Assembly: GCF_000143415.4 (NCBI RefSeq)
Contig: NW_003314351.1
Location: 566,964-630,963, forward strand
Length of the DNA stretch: 64,000 nucleotides
From: Selaginella moellendorffii
Taxonomy: Eukaryota > Plantae > Lycopodiophyta
Direction: 5' to 3'
The position numbers were made by a program, and so were the translations under genes. Below are positions 21,820-34,978 of the stretch, piece by piece. The notes beneath the pieces were generated by a model. That model saw only the letters and a list, made by a program, of their open reading frames with translations, was not told where the DNA came from and ran no database searches. Numbering within the stretch: position 1 is the stretch's first letter; each line of letters starts with the position of its first letter.

Positions 21820-24800
21820 CATTTTCATAGTTCAGGACTTTGGGATGACATCTCGAAACACTACAGCCCAACGTGAGCCTCACGGGTACTCCTCCCACTT
21901 TGCACCTCTAGGTGGTCTACCCAGTTTGCTAGAGTGAGGCTCCAATGAGCCATACTAGGTATCCAAGTAAGTAGTGCTTCCTTAGTGGTTATATTATCAC
22001 CCACTACATGGGTGTAGCATTCCTGGGTGACATTGTTCCAATCCTGAACTCCATCTTGGATCCATCTCAAACTCCTTTTCGGACTCCATCTTAAATTAAT
22101 CTCAGACTCCATCTTGGACTCCTTCTTGGACTTAGTCCTAACACTTCCACGTGTTATAACACTTGCCATATGTTAGTCCTTCTTGTGTGCCTTTCTAAAG
22201 ACTCATTCATCAATCACTTTGTACTCGATCCTTCAACACTTTGTTTGGAGTTTCACTCCTACTCACAACTTTCTGAGTTGGAACTTTTGGTCCAAACATG
22301 TTACCCTTATTAGACATGTTTTGACCACTATCATATGGCACACTTTCAACTCCATTTTGGGGCTTAGAAATTTGTGTCTCACAACTATACCACCCATAGA
22401 CAAAGTTTGATGTCCTCATCGAATGATAAACTATTTTATAAAGAAACCCTATTATGAATTACCATTTTCATCCTTATCACCAAGCCAATATTTGTCACTA
22501 GTTCAACACCAAAGGTTTATCATGCCTTACCCATCCTCTAAAGAGTATAGTCTTTCTAATTTAAAGTCTCATTATATCACATGTGGTGGTTCTCTCCCTT
22601 TGTTTATTTAATCATCGCTAAACCCATTAAAGACACCTTCTCTATCTCAATCTTACTACCCTTTTTGGAGTAGTCTTAGCCTCTACCAACATAACTATTG
22701 CACTTTAAAACTTTAATATTGACATCTCGAGTCAATTTTGACACCTTGCATTGCACAGGTTGTGCAAACTCTATGTTCCTATGGTAGAAAGTTCTTTACT
22801 TGAGGGCACCATCATCCTCTTTATTATTTTATGCCACTATGAGCACTAAGTTACACTTATCCATAATTCTTGCTAAAACTGTTTATGGCCTTATTACTTT
22901 GCTATTCCATTTCTTGAAGCTTTCACTTTTGCTAAATTGAAGTATTTGGAAATCCCATTCTTGAAAATATATTTTCTTTTCTACAATCCATTAACATCCC
23001 TCATATAGTGGTTTCTTGCCTAACTTGTCATTTGGATTCCTTCCAACAATTTGCAAAGTCTATTCTTAGCCATAAACTTTTTTCTTTTATCCTTTGATAT
23101 TTGCATTAAGTAGCATAAGATCACTATCCTTAAGGTATCATTTTGGTTCCATATCAAAGGCTCTACTTTGCCAAATCCAAGGGTGTTCACCTGTAATAAA
23201 TCTTTTAGGCATTTTCTGCTGTGGGCTTTAACCATGGCCAAACCTTGCAATCCTCTCATGGGTACCTTCATGAGAGGATTAAACCTTCCTTAAAGACTAT
23301 TTTCTTAAAGTCACAATACCATTATATTGTTATAACTCATTTCCCCTATGTGTCCTTTTCATTTGATGACCTTGACTAAGATTCGCCATTACCAATAGTT
23401 TAAATCAACACTTTAAACTAGGAATCTTATTCCTTGACCTAGCAAGGAGCTTCTCTTTGTTTAGCCATAGGATCACTTAGTGATCTCACCTTGACATCTT
23501 AATAGGTCTACCAATAGATACTATGCCTACCAGATCTTTAGGTTGTTGACCATGACTACAAGAGCATTTTTCATACTTGGTGGTGCGTCCAAGGTAACCC
23601 TTTTGGCCAAGGGTCTATAGCAACCAAGATTGGGTGTCCCTATCTCATTCACCACGTCCTCAATGCCCCTAACACCAGAGTGTTTAAGTTAGATATGCCA
23701 AACTTTCACACTAAGCACTCTAACCATGCATCACAACTCTATAACATCCCTTGCTTGGTGTGTGGATCTAAGCTAGACTTTTTATTGAGAGTCCATGACC
23801 ACAGAAAAATGAATGTCCTCATATTCTAAACCATCACCACGCTCTAGTGAGTTGGGATCAAACCCAAGCACTATAGGGTTTGGACTCAAACCCACCCTTT
23901 GTGTGGAACTATAGATAGCATCACTTAGGATGCCTAGTGTGATTCCTCATGCTAGTGTACCAACTTATATCCAAAGCATGCTACAGATCACAATTTAGGA
24001 ATCTAGTTCTTCCAAACTTCCAAATCCTCTCACTTAACAAACTAGTTGACCAACTTGTGATCACATAGACTTCTGCATACTTGGCCCTATGGCCACCCCT
24101 CTTGAAGGCAACACCTTCAACTAGGGTCTTTGTTCCTCCAACTTGCTAATCTCACTTAGCAAGTCATCTAACCAATGTAATATGGTTCTATGCATAAGCT
24201 TGAAAATCCTCAAATATCAACTTTTGTTCAAATCCATTTCTTTGAACATAAGGGAACTACTTGTAAGTGACTAATTTTTCCATTCTACTTTAGTCACTTA
24301 ACCACACCTCCGACCACTTGGAGGAGTCTAAACCCTAAAATGGCTCCACTGGGGTCCAACCCCACACTCTCCCTATTATAATTTTGGAACCCTCTCCATC
24401 TCGGGTCTATCTCAGACTCTATCTCGGGTCCATCTCGGACTCCATCTCGGGTCCATCTCAGACTCCTTCTAAGACACTTCCACATGTCATATATTGGTCC
24501 TCTTATATCCCTTTTCTAAAGACTAACTTATTGTTCGTTTCGTGCTTATTCCTCGAGCACTTTGCTAGGAGTTCCACTCCCGCTCTCAACTTTTCAAGTC
24601 AAAGCTTTTAGTCCAAACGTGTTACACTCGTTTGGCTTTCACTTTGGCCACTACCATGTGACACCTTTTTGGCTCCACTTTGGGGCTTAGGGATTTATGT
24701 CTCACACTACTTCCCCTAACCCGTCTTAAGGCAAGATTTAAGAACATGCTTCTGCTGTGCTACTCTAATTTTGCACATTTTTATGAACCACTTGCACTTG

Positions 24801-25560
24801 TCTTTCTAGGTACCAACTTATCTAAAATTATTTTTGATAACATTGAGCAGACCCTATCCCTTAGCTTGTCAAAGCCTCTTTTTTCACAAGTTTATTATTT
24901 GTCCTCTATTCTAACATGGATAATTTCACACTTTAGACCCTCCATGGTACTACGATTATAAGTAGCAACACCTTTAAGTGCCCATTTGATTTTCCACTCT
25001 TAACTTGCATAACCACTTTAGTTATGAGTTTTAATTCTTATGGTTCGGTTCTATCCTTTTATTACTTGATATTGGGTCTATACTTTCCCTTTGGTTATTC
25101 TTTTCTATGCTAATAGAGTAGCTTTGCATTTCTACCATACCTTAGCAAGTATTTTTAGGAATGAATTTACTCAATAACCTAGGGAGTGGTTCCTCAATTT
25201 GGAAATATTTACCTTATAATCCCACACACCAAGATTAACATTTGCTACTCATGAGCCTTTATATACTCGTTTTTAGTCGTGCCAAAATCTTTTTGGCTTT
25301 ATCCACTCTGGATAGTCAGACTTACCCTATCTTTAGCCTTCTATCCATTATTCTCTAGAAATTTAGTCTTATAATGTTCATACACAACTCTTTGCTACTA
25401 AACTTGAATACAACTTCTTGTATTTACATCCTTTTCACAAACCATCTTTGCAAGTGTTACTCTGACATTTGATTATCCTTTATTTCACATGGGCTACTTT
25501 TGCCCATTAGAACTATCCTTCCATATGATAAAAATATCAACTCATCCTTTAAGCACACCT
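21555..25560 (-). mobile_element. Old, degenerate family-A element (LTR remnant to ~22383 plus internal region)
   Basis: AT-shifted homology to family-A LTR and internal sequence. LTR end GTGTCTCACA at ~22383, followed by the same PPT-side sequence as at 43315. Confidence 0.7.
24262..24706 (-). mobile_element. Short family-A solo LTR
   Basis: TGTAAG...CTCACA termini flanked by the 5-bp TSD CTACT. Confidence 0.88.
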
Positions 25561-25789
25561 CTATAAGCGATTAATTTTTGTGGAGAGTATTGAAGCATTT
25601 TTCATGTTTGAGCAAGCATTGGGGGAGGCACCCCTCCTTCCCCAAACAAATGGTGAACCCAGCATGATGCGCAATACTTTTGGAAGTGTAATTTCTCTCT
25701 TTTTCTTTTGGACACAGACTTTAGGAAGGAATTTCTTGTTTGTCTGGTGGTGGTTTTGTTTGATCTTGGGCAGCCCTAGTTGATCCTTA

Positions 25790-28700
25790 CCAATTTGTTC
25801 AATTGATGGCCACTCTTGCTGGTTTGTTGAAAGTCTCTAGCCTGGCTCTTGCAACATCCAGGTTTGCCTTGGTTCCTAGTAGAAAAAGTGCCATGTCATC
25901 AGCAAAAGTGCCATCTAGCAAGTCCCTTCCAACTGCTTGTGTTCCCAAGAGTTGTTGCCTTTCTTTGGGTAGCTCCATGCCCTTGATTTCTTCCCCTTCA
26001 GCCAAGAATGCTCCCAGTGCCTCCACAACTATGAGGAAGAGGTAGGGAGCCAATGGCAGCCTATTGCACTAACTTCCCTAGTCAAAAACTTGGGCCCATT
26101 TTGCCATTAATAACCACCTTGCTTGAGGCACCTTGGTACAGAAGGGAGATGTGTGCTACCATACACACTGGGATTCCTATCTACCTCATACAGTCCTCTA
26201 GAAACTCCTAATCCACTCGATCATATGCCTTCTCAAAGTCTAACAGCCACGCCAAAATGTTTTGTTTTGAGATCTTTGCCCACCTTTGGGCCAGAAGATA
26301 GGTCCAAATGTTCTCTGAGATTTACCTCCCTAGAACAAAACCTGTCTGTTCTTCCTAGATAATGATGAGCATTATTGGCTGCAATTTGAGTCCCATTGCC
26401 TTGACATAGACTTTGTATGCTGTTGTGAGCATCATTATTGGTCTCTAGTTTTGCAGCTCTTGGAGATCCCTCTCTTCAAGAGAAACTCAATCTGGCCTTC
26501 CAATATCTCCTCTGGAAGATGTCCTTTTCGTTGTGCATTCTTCCATGTCTCCAGCAGCAGAGGGCCGACCACCTCCTAATTGTCCTTGAAGAATCTCAGG
26601 AGTAGCCCATCTATCCTATGCATTTTATCATCACTCAGTCTATCCAAGGCCTTATGGAGGTCCTCCCTCGTGAGGTCTATCAAAAGTGACTCGTTCCATT
26701 TCTATAGGACAGTGTTTCTAGCACCACCTTTGCTGCCCATTCTCTGATTGAGACATTGGTTGCGCCGTGTACAACTGTTGGTAGATTGCTTGAGCCAGCT
26801 CCTACATGCTATGCTAATCTTCTACTATCTTTCCATCCTCTGCTTTAAGACCAAGAATTGGTGGCGAGTTTGTGATTGGGTGAATGCCTTTGTAGAAGGC
26901 CTTGTTTAGCAAACATTCATTTACTGCACATGAGTCCTCCTGTGTGCGAACTCCAGAACTCCACACTGCAAATTCTTTCTCTTGAAGCTCTGTTTCCCTC
27001 TAATCCAGAGCAGCCTACCACTTTCTGGAATCCTTGGCCACTAGCACCATCCTCTGTGCTGCCGCCACCTCCTTCCTTGCTGTTCTCAAGCCCTTCATCA
27101 CTTTTCCCTTTATCACCCGCTGTCTCTCCCACAATTTTTCTGAGCAGGCCTATAGGATGGTAATAAGCTCCAACTCCCTACCATCCAAGACATGGCTAAT
27201 TAGTGCTGCTGCTTTTGCATTGGCCAATGTGTGCAGTGAGATGGCCCGCTACACTATATGGCCCTTGTTCTTCTGTAACTTGATTGTGTATCAAACTGGG
27301 TCATGGTCTGAGAATGAGGGAAAGCATAGACATGTCTTTAGACTCCCACCATCCTGTCTCACCCTTGGGGATGCGTATATCCTGTCCAGTCATGCTTGAC
27401 AACTTGTTGATTCACGGCCCGTAAAAGGGTGTGCATTGGGGGCAAATCCTTCCTCCTATTGAAGATCCACAAGCTCTAACTATTCTGCTAGAGTGAGCCA
27501 TTATAGTTGTTCCCGGCCCTAAATGGTCTCTCACGTCTATCCTCTGCATTTTCCACCATATTGAAATCCCCTAGGCTCAACCAGTGCTCTACTAGCCTCT
27601 TACTTTCAATCAAAGTTCCTCCCAAAAGAGGGCCTGTGCTTGCCTATTGTTTGGGGCATAGATGTTGATAATCCCCACTTGCCCATAGTGCAGGTTAAGA
27701 ACTAGGAGCTGCACTCTTCCCACCACCAACACTTCATGCTCCTTTATCTACACTAACCACTTAATGGAGACAACAATAGCTGTACCACCCCCTATTCTGG
27801 AATGTGTTGTTGCCACTGCATTCCACTAAATTTTCCCTCTCATGCCTAGGTTGTAGTCTGGCTCAGCTTCCATCTTATACTCCTGAAGGCATAGAAATTT
27901 GATCCCACCTTCTAATCCCAACTCCCTTACGTGCGACTTGAGTTAGACTTTCTTGTGGAACCTGCTATCTGTGGAATTGAGGCCCTAGCGGTTCCACGTA
28001 AAAAAGGTAAGGTCGTCATGGACACGACATACTTCCAGGAGAACCTGTTGGTACTTGGCTGCACCGTCCAATTTGTGGATATAGTCCACACTATTGTAGG
28101 CTTCTATAAGCTCCTGAATTTGGACTTCCCGGGAGGTCACCCAGCCCAGTACTATTCAAACCCAAGGACACTTAACTCCAACTATCCCAAGACCCTTAAC
28201 CAATTGGAAAAGGGGGTGCACTCTTGTTCATGGGCCCTTTCCTTCTATATTTGAACCCCATGGATCGTCTCTCGAGTCGTTCCCTTTGGTTGCTTACAGC
28301 TTCCCTCTATGCTTGGCCTAGGAGAAGCGCCGCACCATGTAGTTTGTGAAGCCCGTCCATTCGGCTATCCCTCGTTCCATCCAAGTCTGGTAGTCCCCGA
28401 GAGCTACTATTTCTGGGAATGCAGTATTCCCTTGCTGAACCAGCCAATCTCCCGCCTCTGTCGTCATTAATTCCCTCTTCAGGGGAATCCATCTAATTGA
28501 CAAGTTCATTGTTTTGAAACTATTGCTTGGAAGCCGTCCTCGCTGGTTTCTACTGGAGTCCACAAATAGCCTACACTTGGAACCTAGTCCTGCTGCAAGG
28601 GGGGCCCATTGGGACCTCGAGTGGGTTCTTGTTGCAACAACACCCTTCTCTTCTTCCATTGGGAGTTCAAAAGGTCGGTCTGGAATGTGTTTCCCCATCT

Positions 28701-29975
28701 TTGCTATGCACATCGTCTCTTGATGGCCCAATTTCTAGTAGAAACTACATCTTCTTCCCCTGATGTACTATCCCATCACTGCCAGCTCTATGGGGATCTC
28801 TGCCAGAGAATCTATGAAGACCTTAATTCTAATTGGGCCCAGAACTTCACTAGCTTCTACTGTCTCCAACCCTGAGGCAATATTCCCTATACAATTTTCC
28901 ACCAGATCTTTCACCACCTCTTGTGAACTCATTTCCATCGGTATGTCCTAGAGTGTGATATTGAGGGGAAAGCTCCCTCCTTTCAGTTGCACTTGTTCAT
29001 CTGCTGTGAACCTTAGGACCCAAGAGTGAAATGACATGGCCCATTGACTATCAATCACTCCATGCAGCTCCTTGGCCCATCTTTGCAACTCCTCATCCTC
29101 AAACACAACCGTGTAGCACCCTTTACCATGCAGGAGTAGACTCTAGATCATGATTCCTTGTTCCAATGATGCATTGAGCTAGTTGATAGCTAGACACCCT
29201 GTCGGGAATTTGCCTCGAAACATTGCAATGACTACTTTCAGTTTCAGCTCCACTTCCTTAGCTGCCACTACTTATTGTAACTGCACTAGTCTGGTTCTAC
29301 TGCTGTGCTCTGTCCTTCCACCCTCCGGGTCCTACACATTATCTTCATCTCTAGACCCTCAGGTGGAGCTCCAGTTCCAAGCGTAACCACCTCATGGTTT
29401 TGCAATGTCTGGGTATCCTAAGCCTTGGAGTCCTCAAGGCCTTTGAGCTGGGTGTCACTTGATGTTGCTTCTCCTCCCCTTCCTAACTGTACTTTGGGGT
29501 TCTCAACTTCCTCATTTCCAGCCATGTCACCAAGTCCCTTCCCACTCATCTTGGCAGTCTTCGTGGATGCTATTCCCCTCTCTTTAGCTAGCAAATCCTC
29601 TTATTATAGGATTCTTCTATTGCTTCTACCCATTCTGTCATTTCTTGTTCCTTGCTCCACACCTTCAGCTTTCTCCTCACCACCTTAGGTTCCTTCTTCT
29701 TTTTTGTTTTGCTCTTCTTGAGTTTGTTTGGACCTCCTCTCTCATTCATTGCATTTCCTTCTCCTGTTCCTCAAGTAGCACTGTGAGAGGCTTGCCTCTG
29801 ACTCTTTGCACTAGTGTCTCCCCTTGGATAACCTTCGCTTGTCCATCCTAGGTGGCCACCATGTCCTTCTGACTTTGCATTTTTGCCTTGTCTAGTGTCT
29901 TCCTGGCCTCCACCACATCAGCAACCACATGGAAGGCTTCCATGTAGGCCAAGCCAAGCATAATGTCCTCCCTGA
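25790..29975 (-). pseudogene. L1-type LINE: ORF2 (APE endonuclease and RT) and 3' part of ORF1, degenerate
   Basis: RT: APYLFLIVVEAL...FADDMALFL. Endonuclease motifs CLQE, NIYAPN, GDFN and LDRIY are readable on the minus strand at 27350-28010. ORF1-like sequence at 28318-29975. Confidence 0.85.
28105..28298 (-). mobile_element. Cassandra TRIM solo LTR with 5S rRNA-derived segment
   Basis: T(A)TAAGC...GCTTACA termini and 5-bp TSD GCTTC. Contains the reverse complement of GTTAAG...AGTACTGGGCTGGGTGACCTCCCGGGAAGTCC. Homologous to 49169-49363. Confidence 0.88.
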
Positions 29976-32900
29976 TGTAGTGCACATGGTTTTTACCCTT
30001 TATCCTATGGTGGTTTAAAATAGGATAACACCACGAAGCAGAACCTAAACCCTCTTTATGCCATGTGACACATGTCATGTGTCATATGCCACATGTCCAA
30101 AGGACAATGGTGCGAAACCCGAGGTTCAAATGCTTGAGCCACTGAACGGAGGAACGGTGCCAAACTCCCAAGAAGGGAGCCAAGGAGTGATGGAACCGAA
30201 CTATGGAGCAACTCTTGAGCATATAGCTCAAGGAGCGAAGGGACAGGAGCCCGGAGTGACTTGGAACAGTCCTAGAGTAACCAGCATCCCAATGTCAAGA
30301 CTAGCATGCAAAACGGAGCCAAATAGAGTCTAGCGCTATTTCGGCATACCGGTGGCCTAATGCAAGGACATGGGTACTCCACTAGCTAGCATGGAATGAA
30401 ACTTGGGCTTAAACCCAAGCAAGACGCAGAACAAGGACAGGCACGTAAGCAGGAGCTAGATTATGCTTCAGGTTGGTCGGCCATACCCGACCTACCCGCT
30501 ATCCCTACTATACATTTAGAACCCCCCACAGCCCCCCCCCCCCACCCCCCCCCTTGAGGAACACACGCTTTGGGCTTTCACCCCAAGCCTCCTTTAGTAT
30601 CAGGAGTTAGTCTATGGGACAAGCTCAAAACTTACTAAATATGGAATGGCACTAAATTGTGAATTTGGACACGAGACAAACACCATTGTGTTCAGGCCGA
30701 TCTCTACATTCCGTAGATATGCCAAATGAGAAAATCTGGATACTTTCCATAAATAGCATTTGGGACCAAAATGAGACTAACACAAAGGGCATGATAGTGA
30801 GGGTGTTTGGCAGACACAGTAAACTATCATCTAGCGATATTGAGCAATACGCGAAGGTTCTTGTCAAGCTAGTGCAAGATAGAGCAAAAGAGAACTAAGA
30901 ACTAGGCTGAGTATGCTCAGCTAGAAACACATAAAAGTTCCTACCTTATGTCCATCTGGCTAAGTATAGGTGCTAAGCCCAGTTTACTAACACCTAAACA
31001 AGAGGGGCTAATAAAGGGAACCAGCAATACTGACCTCCTGCCATCGTGGCAGTAAGGTAAGAGTCTCCGTAAGGACTAACTAACAGGTAACTTTCGATAC
31101 CTGAAGTCACATTCGCGACACTCTCCCCCCCTAGGGAAGATCAACGTCCTCGTCAATGCATACTCGAGTCTAGAATACTGCCAAGGGAACAACTCCAGAA
31201 AAAATTCATGGTATTCACACTATGCGAGAAATGCACCAACTTAAATGAGTTAGAAAGCAACCTCTTTGTCTAACACAGATGCGTTACCAGCTCAGACACC
31301 TTTCGGCTGTCGCCAACAAGGAAATGACCAACAAAGTTAGCCACCCTTGCTGCTCTGGGTGTCACCCAGCTTACAAAAGTGTGATATGCCCTACCTGCAG
31401 GAACATAGAGAGAGAAGCCAAAGGCCCCAACCCTCCTAAGCAAAAAAACCAGACCCGTCGGTAAGGTTTAGATAAACTACTATAAACAAGTAGTTAGAGT
31501 TGTTTACACGGTCATGCCCTGTTAATGGAATAAGGAACATTGACAGAGAGGTAGGTGATGTGACCAGTCGACAGTAGTTACCCCATGACTAGAGATTTCA
31601 TCATGCACATGAAGTGCTGAAGCCAGTCTGCCTATACTGGCCCAAAATTCAAAGATCAATAGATGGACAATATCAAAGTCATAACCAATGATATTTTAGA
31701 GTCGTAATTATCAGTGAATAAATCTTATATTAGAACACAAATGTATTCTAAGTAAGTTATCATCCGATAAACCAGTATTATAGGATAGGAACCACCAAGA
31801 TCATTAGAATTGGTAGGCATAGGAATCACCATCCAACAAAATTCAATAACAAGTATATCATCAAGGAAACTCAATGATAAAATTTAACTACCAAAGATGG
31901 CAGATAGTATGCCAAACAACTTACCAAAGATAACTCAAAAAACACAAAGTATTATCGACTGGCAAGAAAAATGCTTGCGAATGTATCACCTGAAGGAAAT
32001 AACATTCCAATTTATTAAAATGAACTCGAGCAATAATCAATGGAACAGAATGAATATGGTAAGACCAACAAACACTTGTTCATGCCAACTATCACACTAT
32101 CCAATCCGAATAGATCCCAACCAACAACACCAAGGAACTCAAGTTGCCTAAGCAAGTGTCAGCAACATCCTACTGATGTTTCAAACCCAAAAAACCAATC
32201 CAGAGCAAACCACAAACAACATGTGGTATTGCAAAAAGCCATAAGCTATCAAAGAAAACAACTAACCATCATGAAAGATCATCAATAATCCCACCAATGA
32301 AGAGACACATAATCATTGTCAAAGAGGAATTCACCATCCCAAAGAACGGCAATTCATTCCATATCAACAACAATCAAGCAAAACCTATTGACAAGGATAA
32401 TCAACTATCCTAGATGATAGTCAATCATCACCAATGATTGCCAGACACAAAGCCAACTTTAGCATCGAAGTTAATGAGCTAAAATGCTTTCCCCAACAAC
32501 TCCTAACAAATGGAACAATGAGCATAAAACTCAAGAACCAAAAACTCGAAGAAGCCTATAACCAAGTCTTGCTTAATAATGATCACAAGTTTTGCATGAA
32601 CTAACTTCAATGTTAAAGAAGAAATCATGGTATAACCCACAACATCCTTCTCAACACATCCATAAGCTAAACTTTATAATACCAAAGCTAATGAAGAGTA
32701 TATCTACATCAATCCAAAAGCTAAGCATAACAAAGTTATGCTCAATAAGTGATCACTAAACGATCCTCTATGAATCCATCTTTTAGCAAGATGTAACTCA
32801 CTAAATAACAAGCATAAGAAAAATCATTAATGATCGATATATCCCAATTCAAATCTAACAAGGATTCAAACAGCTACGGACCAGCCTATTTGCCACTCAT

Positions 32901-33288
32901 AGCAAACCCAGAGAAGGTTTGCTTTCACCCATGGTACATGGAACAACTCATGGAACCACTAGAACAACTTATGGAACCACTGATAGGCTAACATTAATCC
33001 TGCCAACTCAAAGCGTAAGCTCGAGTTGCTAATGTGCCTCACTCACGAGCCCAAGCTCAAACTCGTGTGAACGGAACAACTTAATCCCTCTTATGAGCCC
33101 AAGCTCAAGCTCACATATAATGCGGTACAAAAAAGGTAACAAAAACCATACCCAAGGAACAATTGCGAGGTCTTTTGCACCCAAACGTGTACCCACTCAG
33201 ATCATCATTTTCATCTCTACGTATGCAATAAGACTAGTTGCCCAATCTCATTGGATAGTATTCACCGAGACCTTCCTCTGATACCAAA

Positions 33289-34419
33289 TGTAGCGCATGT
33301 GGTTTTGACCCTTTATCCTATGGTGATTTACCATAGGATAACACCACGAAGCGGAACCTAAACCCTCTTTGTGCCACATGACAGATGCCACATGTCACAT
33401 GCCACGTGTCCATAGGAACCCGAGGTTCGGGGCCTTGGGCCACAGAACGAAAGAACGGTGCCAAACTCCCAAGCATGGAGCCAAGGAGTGATGGAACCGA
33501 ACCACGGAGCAACTCCCGAGCATAAAGCCCAAGGAGCGAAGGGACAGGAGCCCGGAGTGACTTGGAACAGTCCTGGAGCAACTAGCATCCCAATGCTAGG
33601 ACCAGCACACAAAATGGAGCCAAACGGAGTCTAGCGCTATTTCGGTATACCGGTGGCCTAACGCGAGGACATGGGTACTCCACCAGCTAGCATGGAATAG
33701 AACTTGGGCTTAGACCCAAGCCGGACGCAAAACAAGGACAGGCACGCAAACAGGAGCTAGACTATGCCTCAAGTTGGTCGGCCATGCCCGACCTACCCAC
33801 TATCCCTACTATACATTTGGAACCCCCCCCCCCCCCCCCCCCTTGAGGAACACACGCTTTGGGCTTTCACCCCAAGCCTCCCTTAGTATTAGGAGTTAGT
33901 CTCTGGGACAAGCTCGAAACTTACTAAATATGGAATGGCACTAAATTCGAATTTGGACACGGGACGAACACCATTGTGTTTAGGCCGATCTATACATTCG
34001 GTAGACATGCCAAATAAGCAAATCTGGCCACTTTCCATAAATAGCATTTGGGACCGAAATGAGACCAACGCTAAGGGCATTATAGTGAGGGTGTTTGGTA
34101 GACACGGTAAGCTATCATTTAGCGATATTGAGGGACCAATCTCAATATCACGGGGGTTCTTGATACTAGCAAATGCAAGCCAATGACAGGAGTTTCTCAA
34201 ACCATGCCAAGTATGCTCAGCAAGAAACACATAGGGTTCCTACCTTAGGTTTATCCAATCTAAGTACACGGTCATTGACCAGTTTCTCAACTAGCTCAAG
34301 TGGGAAATTAATAACGGGTCCAGCAATACCGACCTCCTGCCATCGTGGCAGTAAGGAAAGAATATCCGAAAGGACTAGCTGACAGGTAACTTTCAATACC
34401 CGAAGTCACATTCGCGACA
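33289..34419 (-). mobile_element. Family-B 5' LTR of an inner, deleted copy (B3)
   Basis: TGTAGCG...CGCGACA termini with the PBS at ~33275-33285. Followed by family-B internal sequence. A different sub-variant from the B1 LTRs. Confidence 0.85.
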
Positions 34420-34978
34420 CGCATCATACAAACTACATACTAAGGTTTAGGCTCACCGAAGTCAACTCTAACCCTTTCACTAGTTTGTACTAGCTTACGA
34501 AAATGGAATGGTTTTCAAGCAAAGTGATCAACAAATCAGCAATTAGAAAAGCTAAAGAAAATTTGTGGAAAATTTTCCATCTTAGAGAAACAATGACTCT
34601 TAGTCCAGAAAAACAAACTTCCAAAACTCAACCAACTTCCTCCTACACATAGGTTCACCTCAACACCAATTCTCATGACCCATAGTATGCTTAACCTTCG
34701 AACATCTTTTTGCCCATACTTCCGACATCTAACTGTAAGCGACTAAATTTTCTGTTCTACTTTAGTGACTTAACCACACCTCCGACCACTTGGAGGAGTC
34801 TCATTCACCACCTCCATAAGTCCAATTCAGGACTTGGGACTTCCTAGCCCCGAGAATGGCATCTATGCCACTCGACATTTGCACTTGGTCCAAGTGCTCC
34901 ACGTGTCCGATCCCATGATCAACACCCCAAGGTATCACCGACATGGCAGCCTGTTACGCTAAGGCCATACCTATTCAC

